DNA of 63,953 bases, the filler included, from Piptocephalis cylindrospora (Eukaryota): the NCBI GenBank assembly GCA_003614145.1. It is 21 parts of 21 records of this genome, joined end to end, with 100 filler letters (N's around TTAATTAATTAA, not from the genome) between each part and the next. Parts side by side here need not be neighbours in the genome. Positions count along the whole stretch, not along the records: positions 30,868 to 33,854 come from KZ988787.1; positions 33,955 to 36,934 come from KZ988788.1; positions 37,035 to 40,013 come from KZ988789.1; positions 40,114 to 43,091 come from KZ988790.1; positions 43,192 to 46,167 come from KZ988791.1; positions 46,268 to 49,241 come from KZ988792.1; 15 more parts are not named here. One strand, written 5' to 3'. The translations under genes and the position numbers were made by a program. Below the pieces are notes generated by a model. That model saw nothing but the letters and a program-made list of their open reading frames with translations. It had not been told where the DNA came from and did no database searches. Positions 33,581-46,303 of the stretch are shown piece by piece; the first letter of the stretch is position 1, and each line of letters starts with the position of its first letter.

Positions 33581-33954
33581 GGTGGCAGGGTGAGGCGAAG
33601 GGAAGAGAGTCTAGGGAGGGGTTAGGAAGGGTCGATCAACGAGCGGAGGCGAGAGTAAAGGGCTGTTGGGGGAGTATCCTGGACCCAGGGCAGGCAACGA
33701 AGAAGACGGGGGTGATGATGGCGATGATGGCGATGATGACGGATGATGATGCAAGTCCGGGAGTAGGGTGCCAAGACCAAGTCCTGGGGGAGGTTGAGGG
33801 AGGTGGAGGGACTGAGGGGTAATTGGAGGTGCACGCACTGGATAAAGGAGGGGGNNNNNNNNNNNNNNNNNNNNNNNNNNNNNNNNNNNNNNNNNNNNTT
33901 AATTAATTAANNNNNNNNNNNNNNNNNNNNNNNNNNNNNNNNNNNNNNNNNNNN

Positions 33955-34974
33955 CGAGGACGTGCTTCTCCAGCTGGTAGGCGTAGTACTCGGCGGTGGT
34001 GAGAGCGAGACGGGGGGTGATGATACGCTCGATGGTGGGGTCATTGGCGAGGTTGAGGAAGAGGGTGACACGCTCCATGGAGCCATTCTCCTCAAAGTCC
34101 TGCTTGAAGAACCGGGCCGTCTCCATGTTGACACCCATGGCGCCGAAGACGATGGCAAAGTTCTCCTCGTGACCATCGTGGACCCCCTTGGTGGGGCCCT
34201 TGACAAGGCCGGCCTGACGACAGATCTGGGCGGCAATCTCATTGTGGGGAAGACCGGCGGCGGAGAAGATGGGGATCTTTTGACCACGGGCAATGGAGTT
34301 CATGGTGTCAATGGCGGAGATACCGGTCTGGATCATCTCCTCGGGATAGATACGGGAGTAGGGGTTAATGGGCATGCCGTTGATGTCGAGGAAATCTTCG
34401 GCGAAGATCTTGGGGCCCTTGTCAATGGGCTTACCGGAACCGTTGAAGACCCGTCCCAGCATGTCCTCGGACACGGCCATCTTTAGGACATCTCCGGAGA
34501 ATTTCACATGGGTGGCCTTGGAGTCCACACCGGAGGTACCCTCAAAGACCTGGACAATGGCCTTCTTCCCCTGGACCTCGAGGACCTGACCGGCCCTACG
34601 AGTGCCGTCGGGAAGGGTAAGTTCGACAATCTCATTGAATTTCGGGAACTGTATGTGCGGAGGGGAAGGGAGGATGGGTGAGGCGGAAGGGGGAGTGAGG
34701 TATGTGGGGAGGAGGGGTCTCTGAAGGGAAAAGGTCGGGGGGACTTACCTTGACATTGTCAAGAATGACCAAGGGGCCGTTGACACCCGAGACAGTACGG
34801 TAGTCTGGTGGAGAGGGGAAAGAAGGTGGGGGATGGCCCATGAGGAAAAGGAAAAAGAAACACGTAGACTCGATGCATCACACACTTACCAAGACGTGGC
34901 TGAAGAGAGTAGTTGCGGGTTACGGCAGCGGCGTTAATGGCAGCGGCCTCCTGAGCAGAGATGCGCGGGTCCAT
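33955..34974 (-). CDS. VMA2: V-type ATPase V1 subunit B, multi-exon, 3' truncated
   Basis: [61 protein letters not shown] and [15 protein letters not shown]. Confidence 0.97.
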
Positions 34975-35325
34975 ACTAGGGTGAGAGGGGAAGGTCGTCG
35001 AGGAAAAGTGGGTGGTTTGGGTCAAGCACGGATCCAAAGGGGAAGCTGAAGAGAAACAGACAATGAAGGCAAGAAGGAAGAAGTGAGTGGGGTTGGGAGA
35101 GGGGGGTGAGGGAGGAAGAAAGGAAAGAGGGGCAAAGGGGCGGAGGTGTGTGTGTGCGTGTGGCTATGGACGAGCTTAAGTGGGTGATGGAGCGGAGTCC
35201 ATCTCTCTTCCTCCAAAGGAAGTGCCTCTTGCTCGACGAAAGGGGGCGGGGCGAGGCAGGGATGAACGTGACGGAAGGGGGGGGGGGGGGGCCAGGTTTT
35301 CTACTCCGCTTCGGCTAGCCCAGCT

Positions 35326-35363
35326 TAACCTGAACCTGACCTAACCTGACCTAACCTGACCTG
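35326..35363. repeat. Short tandem repeat of alternating TAACC/TGACC (TTAGG/TCAGG on the minus strand)
   Basis: TAACCTGAACCTGACCTAACCTGACCTAACCTGACCTG. Confidence 0.75.
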
Positions 35364-35368
35364 GTCTC

Positions 35369-36079
35369 TTATTTTGCCACACTATGGTTCTCTATACTTG
35401 AACCACCGCTACCACTGCCACTATCACTGCTGCGCCCTAGAACGCATATGGCAGTGACAGAGCGGAAATACAACACACACGCTGATACACACATTTTACA
35501 GTGACACTCACAGACATGAGGTCGGGAGGCAACAAGAGGTGACGAATTTGTACGGAGGAGGGAGGATAAGCCTTACCATAGACGGAGGACTGGCGAAACG
35601 TGTTGGTGTCCGGACCGACGGTTGGTGGTGGAGTCGGGTCTCGAGTACGAGTAGAGGGGGTGGAGGCTCCTGTGCTATTCAAGTCATCCTCCGTGTCAGT
35701 CCTTTGACTCGACAACGAGGGAATGGGCGTGGCTTGTTGATCCTCTGCCTTATCACCGGACTCGGTGGGCTTAAGGGAAACTTCGGGAGGGGCTGAAGAA
35801 GATGGGAGCATCTCTGGGGCTTGATCTAGCTGTTGAGGCTCCAGCATACTCTTGACCTCGACATTGGACTCGGAGGGGTCTGTCTGATCCTCGCCAGAAA
35901 GGCGAGGGGGAATGGACCTCGTGGTGCCCAGCGCCCCACTCTTCCCCTTGACCTTATCCCTTGCTCGTTCCCTCCAGCCTCGCCTCCTCCCTTCCCCTTG
36001 TGTAGCGGAGTCATGTGTGGGGGATGCATCCTTTGCGATGCTTGCGGGGTCGCTATGTGTGGCGGAGAGTGTACCATCG

Positions 36080-36111
<32 letters not shown>

Positions 36112-36336
36112 GGAGGAGGAGGAAGAGGAGTGACGTTGCTCTTGATGCTTCCTGAGGAATCGACGGGAGAGGGAAGAGGAGGTGGAAGAGTTGGATGCAG
36201 ATGGGGAGACATCCGAAGAGGGGGAGGAGGGGGAGGGTGTACGAAAGGATCGGAGAAGGCCACGGGCACGACCGAGCTTCTCCTTGGCCTTTTCCTTGGT
36301 CCTTTCCTGAATGGTTCCTTCGGGTGTCTTTGGCAT
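35369..36336 (-). CDS. Hypothetical Ser-rich low-complexity protein
   Basis: Long ORF from ATG 36336; probable intron ~35437-35576 (GTAAGG...TTCTAG) leading to a last exon GRSSDSGSGSGGSSIENHSVAK*. Confidence 0.55.
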
Positions 36337-37632
36337 GGTGGGCAGGATGGAGTGGGTTGGGGATTCTAGATAAAGTGATGGCTGGAGAAAGAGAGTGAGC
36401 GAGGGAGCGAGAGTGGATGAGCGAGGGGGAGAGGGGATCCGATGGAGATGAGACCTGAAAGGCCTCCAAGGTCAAGTAAATATCTATCATCTTAGGTTCC
36501 GAGAAAGGGATGACATGGGCACTCCATTGAGGGTGGATGCCACAAAAGGGGGGTGGGATGGAGAGGGGATCAAGACCGTGGGATGTAAAGGTCATGCGCG
36601 ACACCTCGGATCCGCCCAGAAAGGATCTGCATCCTTATGCTCCACCCCCGCATGGCCAAGGGGAAGGACAGTTTCGTACGGATGAGGCGAGTGGGGCGAT
36701 GCGGGACGGACGCGCGGACCGTTCAATGTGTATGAGCCATGATAGGGAGCATGGGGGGGGGGGGGGGGGGGGGCTTTTTACCGTTATCTTTTTTAACAAA
36801 AACTTGGGTGCCATCCACTTAGAGCGAGAGCAACCCACTTTCCCACCCCCCCCCACAAAACTCCCAATCACCCTCCCCCCCCTTCAGAAAACTCAGGACT
36901 ATTCCTTTCTCCCTCCTCGGCCCATCTCCTGTCANNNNNNNNNNNNNNNNNNNNNNNNNNNNNNNNNNNNNNNNNNNNTTAATTAATTAANNNNNNNNNN
37001 NNNNNNNNNNNNNNNNNNNNNNNNNNNNNNNNNNTGCGTAGATCAGAACATTGGTTCCGATTGCGGTGGGCATGGATGGTCGACTGAATTTATAAATCAG
37101 GTTAGGCTCAGGTCTACCCTAGTCAGAGGTACATTTTGTGTGTGCGTTTTTATGTCATCTTCAGCGATGGATAACCAAACTATTGGCTAATATACATTTC
37201 GCTGTTTATCACCATCCATTGGCAAGTATATCGCCTCCCCTTTTTCAATAATCATGCTTCGATGCGCTATGATACTGGAAAAAGAAACGGGCAGCGCGCT
37301 ATGTCGATGGATGAGCCTAACACTCAAACATGGATGTGCTCCGTCATCCACATTACATAGAACACAGAAGGGTAGTGGTACTCCGACAGCCAGTAACCTA
37401 CTCCGATGGATAGATCGTTTCAGCCTTATCTACCATTCCTAATAATATAGGCATCTGGAAGGCAGGGAGATCAACGCTGTTACAAGGATGCGCATCTTCT
37501 GGATCAACCCAATCAGCCACTGGTGTTGCTAGCATGCGCAATAGTCTCATGATAGACAGATATGTTTCATGAGCTCTTTCATAAATACTCTGCGGCCCAC
37601 CATCCGTGTTTTTTGGGCCGACCCTTTACCTC

Positions 37633-37639
37633 CCCTCTC

Positions 37640-37696
<57 letters not shown>

Positions 37697-37716
37697 CTCT
37701 CTTTCTTTCTCTCTTT
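37633..37716. repeat. (CT/CTTT)n microsatellite
   Basis: Directly visible pyrimidine repeat. Confidence 0.9.
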
Positions 37717-37873
37717 CTTCATCGTCCTCCATTGCCTGGTGCAACTCAACCTTCATCCCAGATCTTCCCTCTCCCTCCTCCGCCCCATCAACAATACATT
37801 TGCCTGGAGCAACTGGGTCCATCGATAGCACCACTGCCTTCTCGTCCTTTCCATCTTATCTCCCGCTGTCCTC

Positions 37874-39936
37874 ATGCATCTCTCTCCTGCTTTCATCCTA
37901 CTTGCAGTGCTCACTCCGTACTTTGGTTCATCGGTGAATGCCGCTGCTTGTAAGCTATCATGTACCTGCTTCACCGGGCCTTCCAACTTACCTTAGCACC
38001 TTTACGAACCACAAAACCCCCCATTACCCTTCTCTTCCATGACTCACAACCTAATTTATAGCAAAAATAGGGGGTTCTGGCACCTCTTATCATTCGCCTA
38101 CTCTCATGAGAAACCCCAACTCTGGCCAAGGTAAGCGCGCCTCATGGCATACAATTAGCGTTTGATACCATCTTCCAGAGGGGTAGTGTCGGTTGGAATT
38201 TGTCCAGAGATGTAAGAGCTATTATCATTCTCACATCTCATTCCCCTACTATTCCGCCCAACTTCCTTGATTTCTACGATACTGAATGTGACTTATAATG
38301 TGTTAACCCTTATAAGTTCATGCGCTACCCACGGTAGGTTCTAACTATCCTTTAAGAATTTAGAGGTTCCATCTTTTGTATTAGATGAACCATTCCTTTT
38401 ATAGTCACCCCATTATTAATACTATTTTTCCTACCCCCTTGGCTTTTGTTGGTGATTTTGTAGCGTAAGGATTTGAAAATCATGCTCAAGGGTGCAGGAA
38501 GTTGTTTTTTATTATGGATCACTCTCACTTAGCCCTAAATCCCTCCTATCTAGCTAAAAGGTATGCATCCAGCGCCATTGTCGTTGACCCGGTCTACAAG
38601 AGTTTTGATTCCCGCCCGGTAACAACACGCACTGAAAAAAAGGGTACGGCGTTGAAAGAGATGGATAAATAAGTCAAAGAACTACATTTGGCGCGCTCAG
38701 AGACTAAGCCACCCCCTTCTGAACATACGCTCAACCATCCGTAGTGACCTTTGCTAATGGTACACCAGGATCCAAGAAATCCGAGGGCATGCAAAATAGA
38801 AACATCATTCGAGTGGGTGACTATACAAAACAGAATTTATTTGGATGGGCCTAAGATAGTCATATTCAGGCCTTCTTGTACACTTACTTTCCTTTTATCC
38901 ATAGGAAAGCACTCCTCTTGAAAACGTTTGTCACTAAGTGATGCATCGGTATTACTTTGTTTTGATTTTACTCATCTATGGCCCCGCCCAATACCCTCAA
39001 TGAATAGCAACTTGATGAAGTAGAAGATATTATCATCAAATCCATTGATAACAAGAGACTTTACCCAGGTGTAAGTAGCACATAGTCCCTTTTTACGTTC
39101 ACCGTCAATGCTCCATCCCTTACTTCTCGTCATCTATCTTTTGATATTTCTGAATTGTATATATCCTAGGATCTGGCCAAGATCGAAGATGTAAGATTTG
39201 CAGTAGCGGCAATGGCCCATTTTTTAAAGCATATTCTAATCACCCAGTATGACTTTAAAAATGACTTGATCTCCTTATCTAGTCGCTCTTGGAGGCAGAA
39301 CTTAAGTTTTCTTCTACTTCTACAAGCGAACTCAAAGGAGAAGTAAGTCGTCTACACTCCTAATACGCTTTCTATAGTCCTAAGAGGACATCGAGGAGGA
39401 TACATGATGAAATTCGTCATCCACTTACCAAACTCTTTTTCCACAGTCAATGACAACTGCTAGGCAGCAATATGACGAACTTAACAACTGGGTCAATTCT
39501 TACAAGGTGAGTGGTGAGATCACTCAAGTGTCGCCTATATACAGTGCATAGGATGGCCAAGAAGGACGAAAGTATAACATTACCGTTTCTCCTACACATC
39601 TTTTGATAGACAGATAAATCCCTAGAGCCTCTTCCGTCGACCATAAAAACCTCTTGGGAAAGAAGGGTAAGCCGCTTCCCGCCTTTCTTAGTCTATACAC
39701 TTTGTCCATATCAGGGCTTTACACTGACGGCACCCTTTCCGCCTCCCACCAGGGGAGATCTCCTCGCTTCCCGGAAGAGCCTACGGTTAGATTGATTGAG
39801 GAGGTAAAAGAATATGGGGCTAATTGGACCAAATCATCTTTGGTAATTATCCCGGAAGCTATATTGATTATTTTTTGTCCTCTCTATTTTCCATTAGGAC
39901 ATCCAAAAAGTCCAAGATTTTCTTAGTCACATTGAG
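37874..39936 (+). CDS. Putative secreted orphan protein encoded by many micro-exons, 3' truncated
   Basis: Exon 1 MHLSPAFILLAVLTPYFGSSVNAAA followed by GTAAGC; eight phase-consistent AG/GT-bounded exons between 39008 and 39936. The 38130-39000 segment is not resolved. Confidence 0.6.
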
Positions 39937-40013
39937 GTACGATAGATCACTTCTGAGTCCTACCAATTGGCGAAAGAGAAGTGTAGGAGAAACGGTAATG
40001 TTATACTTTCGTC
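39565..40013. repeat. Perfect 33-bp inverted repeat ending at the contig terminus (39565-39597 / 39981-40013)
   Basis: GACGAAAGTATAACATTACCGTTTCTCCTACAC versus GTGTAGGAGAAACGGTAATGTTATACTTTCGTC. Confidence 0.92.
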
Positions 40014-40113
40014 NNNNNNNNNNNNNNNNNNNNNNNNNNNNNNNNNNNNNNNNNNNNTTAATTAATTAANNNNNNNNNNNNNNNNNNNNNNNNNNNNNNN
40101 NNNNNNNNNNNNN

Positions 40114-40371
40114 AGGAAAGGGTGTTTCGATCTGTGTACGGACACAGCACGGCCCCAAGGGCCCTTCCAGCCACAGCCCGACGGCCCATCCGAACATCCC
40201 CGGAAAGGTCCCTGGATGCCCCGGGTCTCGTGGATGACTATTACCTCAACCTCCTGGACTGGTCCAGCACCGACATCATTGCAGTGGGTCTTGGTGGGGC
40301 TACGTACCTCTGGGATTCTGTCAAAGGGGATGTGACGCACTTGTGTGACATGGCCCAGGGCACATCGGTGA
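40114..40371 (+). CDS. CDC20: APC/C activator Cdc20/Fizzy, internal fragment (first WD40 blade)
   Basis: RRPIRTSPERSLDAPGLVDDYYLNLLDWSS..IIAVGLG...YLWD; similarity ends abruptly at GTSV. Confidence 0.9.
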
Positions 40372-41045
40372 TTGGCGTGGATAGGCGGAATTGACCTTCA
40401 GGAAGGGATTGGGCCGTGAGCATGGATGAAGATCTTTCCATCTATGGGATGGATGGTTAAGTAAGGGTAAAGATGAAGGATGATTTCTTCTCGAAAAAGC
40501 ATGGCGTGATCTACCTTGAGAGATTTTGCTCGGACTAGTTTGGAAGAGGAAGACAAGGTAGAGGTGGAGGCAGGGGGAGAGGAGGAAGAGGAAGAGGAGG
40601 AGGAGGAGGAGGAAGAGGCTTTCAGGGAGGGAGTGGGAGAGGCAGTGTGATTGAATTCTCCAGTAAGGGACTTTCCAATGACCTCGAGGGAGGAACAGGC
40701 CTTCTTGAGACTAGGTCGACGCTTCAACTGGGAGGAGGAGGTGGTGGTGGTGACGATGCTGGAGGAACGCTTGGCCGCGCTTCCACCCGTTGGAGGAGTG
40801 GAGGCGCCATAAGAGTTGGGGCCACCTAGGGAGCGGGCCCTCTTAAGCTTAGGTCTGACTGGGGAAGGGCACAGAGGGGAGGGGCTTGAGGCTCGTGTGG
40901 CATAGAGTGAGGTGGATCGGACAGGAGAGGCAAGTAGACCTCCGCCTAAAATCCTCTTTCTTTTCTCTCTCTGTCCCGTCTGATCATTAGGTCGGACAAG
41001 GCGAGAAACGGTTGGAGTGAGCTTTTTAGGCGTGGTGTCCGACAT
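40364..41045 (-). CDS. Ser/Pro-rich N-terminal gene fragment, probably the 5' part of the same CDC20 gene
   Basis: MSDTTPKK... with many S/T-P sites; after an intron it reads MERSSS...RLSTPITD and runs into the reverse complement of the CDC20 fragment, where a C-box D-R-F-I-P would be expected. Confidence 0.55.
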
Positions 41046-42748
41046 TGGACAGATGGGCGAGAAGCGAGAGAGAGGGAGAGAAAGAGTGCGAGGAATAGGG
41101 CGGATGAGAGGAGGTATGAGCAAGGGCTAAATGTGATGAGAGGAAAGAAAGAAAGCTAAGACAGGGCAGAGGCTGCAAGTCGGGGTGAACGCGTCAACGT
41201 CAACAAAGCAAATGTTCCCCACACATGGATGGCCCGATGGCTCATAGTGATGAAGGCTTAGGAGATCAGGAACAGGCCTTATCGGGGAAGAGATGGAGCA
41301 TATCTGTCCGATGAATTCCAATTCCAATTAACTCAAACTCAAATCCATTATCTCCTACCGTTCCCCATTTTCCCCTTAAAGCTGTACCTCCCTAAACCGA
41401 ACAAAGATCAGAAGAGTGGCCTGGGCGATGGTGGTGTATGGGATCATCCACATCGCGTCTTTCCCCCTCCTCCCTCTACTCACACCGCTGATCCTCTATT
41501 CTCTCACCCACCACAGCAGGCAGGTCACACATTCTATCATCATCAACCACCTTTGCCTTCGTCGCCATCTCAGCTCCCATTTACTTGGCCCTAAAAATAT
41601 TTACTTTCTAAAAATATTTGACTCTATAAAAAGCCATCCATCCAATCCTTCATCCTCGCTTTTATATCTCCACGCCAGGTCTGAATACACGGACACCCAT
41701 GGCGTCTTCTCTCGTCTGAATGAGCATGGAACGATATCCATGGCCTTTCCCCTCTTCTCACTCCCTTGGCCACACCGTCCAACCAACCAGGGCGGCCCCT
41801 CACCGCTACAAACTCCATTTTTCACTTTCATCCGTAATTTTTTTTGCAAGGTTTCCTCCCTTCTTCCCACCGCCCTGGTCGTGCAGCTTGACCACTCAAC
41901 AGCTATGTCAATATGTGCACACCCAGACCCATCCCCCCTCTTTGCCCATGTGTTGTGTGGGGGATGGGGAAATGCGTGCGCGCGCTCCCTTACACCCCTC
42001 TACTCCCTTACATCCCCCTCTATACTTCCCCTCCCGTACCCACACCGACCTGCACTATGATCCCCGCCCCTCCCCCCACTCAGGTCTCTCCGGTCGTGCC
42101 AGGAAGAATCTGGGACGCACTCTTCTTAATGAACTCCTTAGATGCCCGCCACCCACGCACGCAGACCTAGGGCGATGAGCCAACTCCCACTGCCAATCTC
42201 TCCACATCCTTATCCCACCCAGCGTACGGGTCTGTCCCAGCTCCCTGGCCACCATCTCCTCCACTCTCACCCAAACACACCTTCCTGGTTCCCATTGCCT
42301 TGCCCGTCTCCGCCTTCCTTCCCTTCCTCACTTGCTTTCTCTCCCTCCCTTCCTTACCCTCTCCTTCCACCTCCTCCTCCCGTACCCGTCCCTTGCGCAC
42401 TTGCTTCTTCCCTACAGGTTGTCTGCCTATCCCTTCCTTCCTTCCCTCCTTCCTCCCCCCCACATCCATCCTTCCCCGTTCCTCTCTTCTCCCTCACACC
42501 GTACTTTTCCTTTTGTACCGTTGACGGTCCGAGTTCAAGAAGCACCTACCGAGTTGCTTCCCTTTCTTCCATCGGTTCGTTCGACCATCCCTCCTTCCTC
42601 CTTCCCCCTACGTCTTCGTGCTGGACTGAGCAGGGAGATCTACTGTGGTAACGTGTGGTGTCAAGATCTTTTTCTCCTTTCTTTCTTCTAGCCTCGTCTC
42701 CAAGCCCCTCTCCCCCCTCCCCACCTCCCATCTCTTCCCTACACGCCC

Positions 42749-43091
42749 ATGTCCTCTACAGGCCCTGCCCCGCACACATCGGCCCTGAGCTCCCGGTCCT
42801 TGAGGGCCAAGCCCTCCAACGAGGCCTTTATCCCCCATCGCACCGCTCCTCCCCCTCCGACCACCCAGCCTTCGTCCCTCTCTGGCACTGCTCATCCACT
42901 ATCCCCGGCCTATGGGCCAGGAAGCCCTGGCCTCACCTCCCCCTCTTCCATCGCCCCCTCCTACCACCAGCACCACTATTCTCGATCCTCCCCCGGCCCC
43001 GGAGCCCCCGATCACTCCCCAAGCTCCTCTCCCAATCCCCCCGCCATGACCACCTCCCACTCCGCCAATGCCTCCGCCCCGGTCACCCCCT
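42749..43091 (+). CDS. Ser/Pro-rich N-terminus of an unidentified protein, 3' truncated
   Basis: ATG after a pyrimidine-rich leader; frame open to the contig end. Confidence 0.45.
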
Positions 43092-45434
43092 NNNNNNNNN
43101 NNNNNNNNNNNNNNNNNNNNNNNNNNNNNNNNNNNTTAATTAATTAANNNNNNNNNNNNNNNNNNNNNNNNNNNNNNNNNNNNNNNNNNNNGGGGCCGCG
43201 TTCGTCGCAAGGATGAGGGGTAAGTGGGACAGGGTCCAAGACCAAGCCCCGAGGATAGCATGGTGCTGATGATTGGGTACGTGAAGGGGATGGCTAAAGG
43301 GATAGAACGTGAAATGAAATGGGGGAGGGAGAAGGAGTTTCGTTATAGGAGGCTAGAAGCGTCAGGGGTCCAAAAAGCACAAGCGGATGAGATGGGAGGA
43401 TGGAGGATGGCGGTCAGGTATGGAAAGGGAGGAGGGAAGGAAGGAAAGGACGCAGTGCATCCGATGGAATGGATCAGAGATGCACATTGACTCCTCTGTA
43501 TCGCACCTTGTCCCTTTCTATCACCACTTGCTCCTTTTCCCCAAGCCCCGCTTCACACTCCGACCCGTCTCATCTCCGAGGCACCCCAGTGAATTGTCCC
43601 TTTTTGACGAGGTGAACACAGGCAAGAAAGAGAGGGCGGTTCATCGATTTCCATGGTGTCCCATACCACTCGGATCACCCCTCCATCCTCCAGTCAACAT
43701 GAGCCTACAGCGTGTCGATGAACGAGATATCTGGACAAGCCGTCCCTGACGAACTGCAACAGGATCATCATGGCAGGCCATCATGGTCGTGTTGATCCGT
43801 TGCCGTGTGCATCGACTCATCCATCCTTGAGTACACAAGGGAGACTCCACGACATCAAGTCGTTGAACCAGGGCAGGGGGGACATTGGACCCTCTCTATT
43901 CGGATGGGACATTGTGCATCGTCTTCAGATCGCCCTCGAGCAGAAGAGAATGTCCATGTTCCCGAATGGAGAGGGCCCAGGATGTGATTCTATAGTCTAG
44001 TGAATCGAGTTCTTTGTGCTTTACAGCACATGGATCAGACTCCCAGATCCACTCCATCTTCTCGATGATCACAATCTGTCCTCTCGGTCGCCTCTAGGAA
44101 CCTCATCCGATGGAGGGGGGAGGGAGACCGCGATCCAGCGTGTGCCCCGCTCGCCTGCCCTCCACCTCACCTCATGATCTGGTCACAAAGATGTTGATTG
44201 TCACGAGCCCCCCTTCTTCTCGGTCACGTTCCATGGCCCAAGCCCTGCAGAATGAGACGCGTGTCCATCCTCCCCATCTTTTCGTACGACCCAGGCCATA
44301 TCCTGCAGATTGAACTGCCAATCCTAACCTGGATCGGACCTTGGATCCTCTTGGCTGCCTCTCATGCACACTAGTGAATGTAAGAGAGAGAGAGACATTC
44401 TCTGTGTATATGTGTGTATGCCCTCATTCTCTGTGGCCCTTCTCCCCCTTTTAGAATGAACCACACACTGTGCTTCTTGGGCGGATGTGCATGCAGGATG
44501 GCACAAAAGGGGTGAATCGCGTAGCCGTTGCCGTCCAGGCCTACCGCGCGTCCACGCCAAGACCTCATCTCCTTTCCCCCCTACACACACAAGCACATAC
44601 ATACAGGTGAAGCTAGGAAATTCCCCCACCACCCCTGCCATTTCTGTGACATGACATTGACATCGTCCCTCCCCATCCTCATCTCTCTCTCCCTCACATT
44701 AGAGATTGGTCCGCGCATTTAAAAATAGGTCACCCCTTTGACCAATCATCTCTCCCTATCGCTCAGCCCTCCCTTTTCATCCCGATTGACTCGGCGGAAG
44801 CAGGCAAGGCGGGGGGAGGCTCTACACACACACATACAACACACACACACACACACACACACATGCTCAAACCCAGTCTTACGGCCTTTAATGGGTGTGC
44901 GAGAGCTCATGCTGCTCTGTTGGTACTGCTCTCTTCTCATTCGTGTCTGCCCTATGCTCTCACTCAAGATGCCCCCCTTCCTCGCCCACACTCTCCCCTC
45001 TCTCTCTCGCTCTCTTTGTACGCCCCCATCCACCGACATGGACGTTGAATTGCACTCTGTCCACACGACCCGCAGGTGTACATCGTGCAAGGGATCTGGC
45101 GTCGCTGCCGGTCATAATAATGGCCATGGTAGTGAGCACTCGTCGTGGCCTGGTTGAGCGTGAAGGACGACAGTAGGGTGAATGGGAGCCAACACCTCAC
45201 TCCGCGCCACCTCATGCTCCCCTTTCCCAAATAAGGTGTCTCTACCGCACGCTCTCCCTCTCTCTCTCTTCTACTCTTTCCCTCCGCCCTCCCCCTTTTT
45301 TTCTTATTCTCTCCCTTTGCTTCTTCTTCTTCCTCTTCTCCTCCTCCCCCAAACCTTCCTTGGCAACGTCACCCTTACCTCCCCATTGTACCTTTCTCCT
45401 CCGCCCTGCCACTTACCTCTTCCTCCTGATCTGC

Positions 45435-46167
45435 ATGGACTCCTCCGGTCCTTCTCGTCGGGATACGGTCTGTGGTCCGCCAGCCACCCGTCCCTCCCGC
45501 GCCTCTCAGCTCTCCTCGCTCCCCGAGAGGAAACGTCTTTCTCTCCCTCCTGTCCTCAATACCTCCAATCTTCCCTCCTCCACCACCGCCTCTTCCCCCA
45601 CCAACACCTCCCGTCGCCTCGCTCGACCGGGCTTCCCTGCCTCCTGGACCCCCTCTCCCTCCTCGGTCATCCCTAATCCAAGGCAATCCCTGGAGCAGGA
45701 CACGTCTGGGTCTTTCCCCTCCCCAGCCTCCCTCTCCTCCACCCTCCCCTCCACCCTTCCCCCCCATACCCCTTTGCAATCCGCATCATCGGGTCTTTCC
45801 CGGTCCTCCACCCTATCAGCTTCTAGCTCCCTACTTCGTCGCATCTCCGTCCGTCTCTCTAGTCTCGTTGGCGAGGAGGATCCCGAAGGGGCCCACGATG
45901 CCAACGAGGATCCGGGCATTCGTGTCCCTCTTCCAGGCCAGGTTTTCATCTCCTCGTCCTCGGACCCCTCCTCCTCCTCCCCGGACCCCTCCTCCCCACT
46001 GTACCCTTCGCCCACCCCCTCCAACTCCATTCGTACCTCCAGGTACACTTTATGGTCTTTTATTCCCCGTCAGCTCTACGCTCAATTCTCCAAAATTGCC
46101 AACGTCTACTTTCTCTTCATCTCTATCCTTCAACTCATCCCCGGTCTCTCCGCCACCGGCCAATTCA
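45435..46167 (+). CDS. P4-type ATPase phospholipid flippase (Dnf3-like), N-terminal fragment
   Basis: SNSIRTSRYTLWSFIPRQLYAQFSKIANVYFLFISILQLIPGLS (PhoLip_ATPase_N). Confidence 0.9.
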
Positions 46168-46303
46168 NNNNNNNNNNNNNNNNNNNNNNNNNNNNNNNNN
46201 NNNNNNNNNNNTTAATTAATTAANNNNNNNNNNNNNNNNNNNNNNNNNNNNNNNNNNNNNNNNNNNNTGAATTGTATCATTCCCTCCAAATCCTAGTCTT
46301 TTC

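Noticed and set aside
41400..45400. Many overlapping Pro/Ser/Leu-rich or Gly/Arg/Glu-rich ORFs
   Set aside because: Products of CT/GA-skewed intergenic and UTR DNA with few stop codons; the region also spans a spacer.
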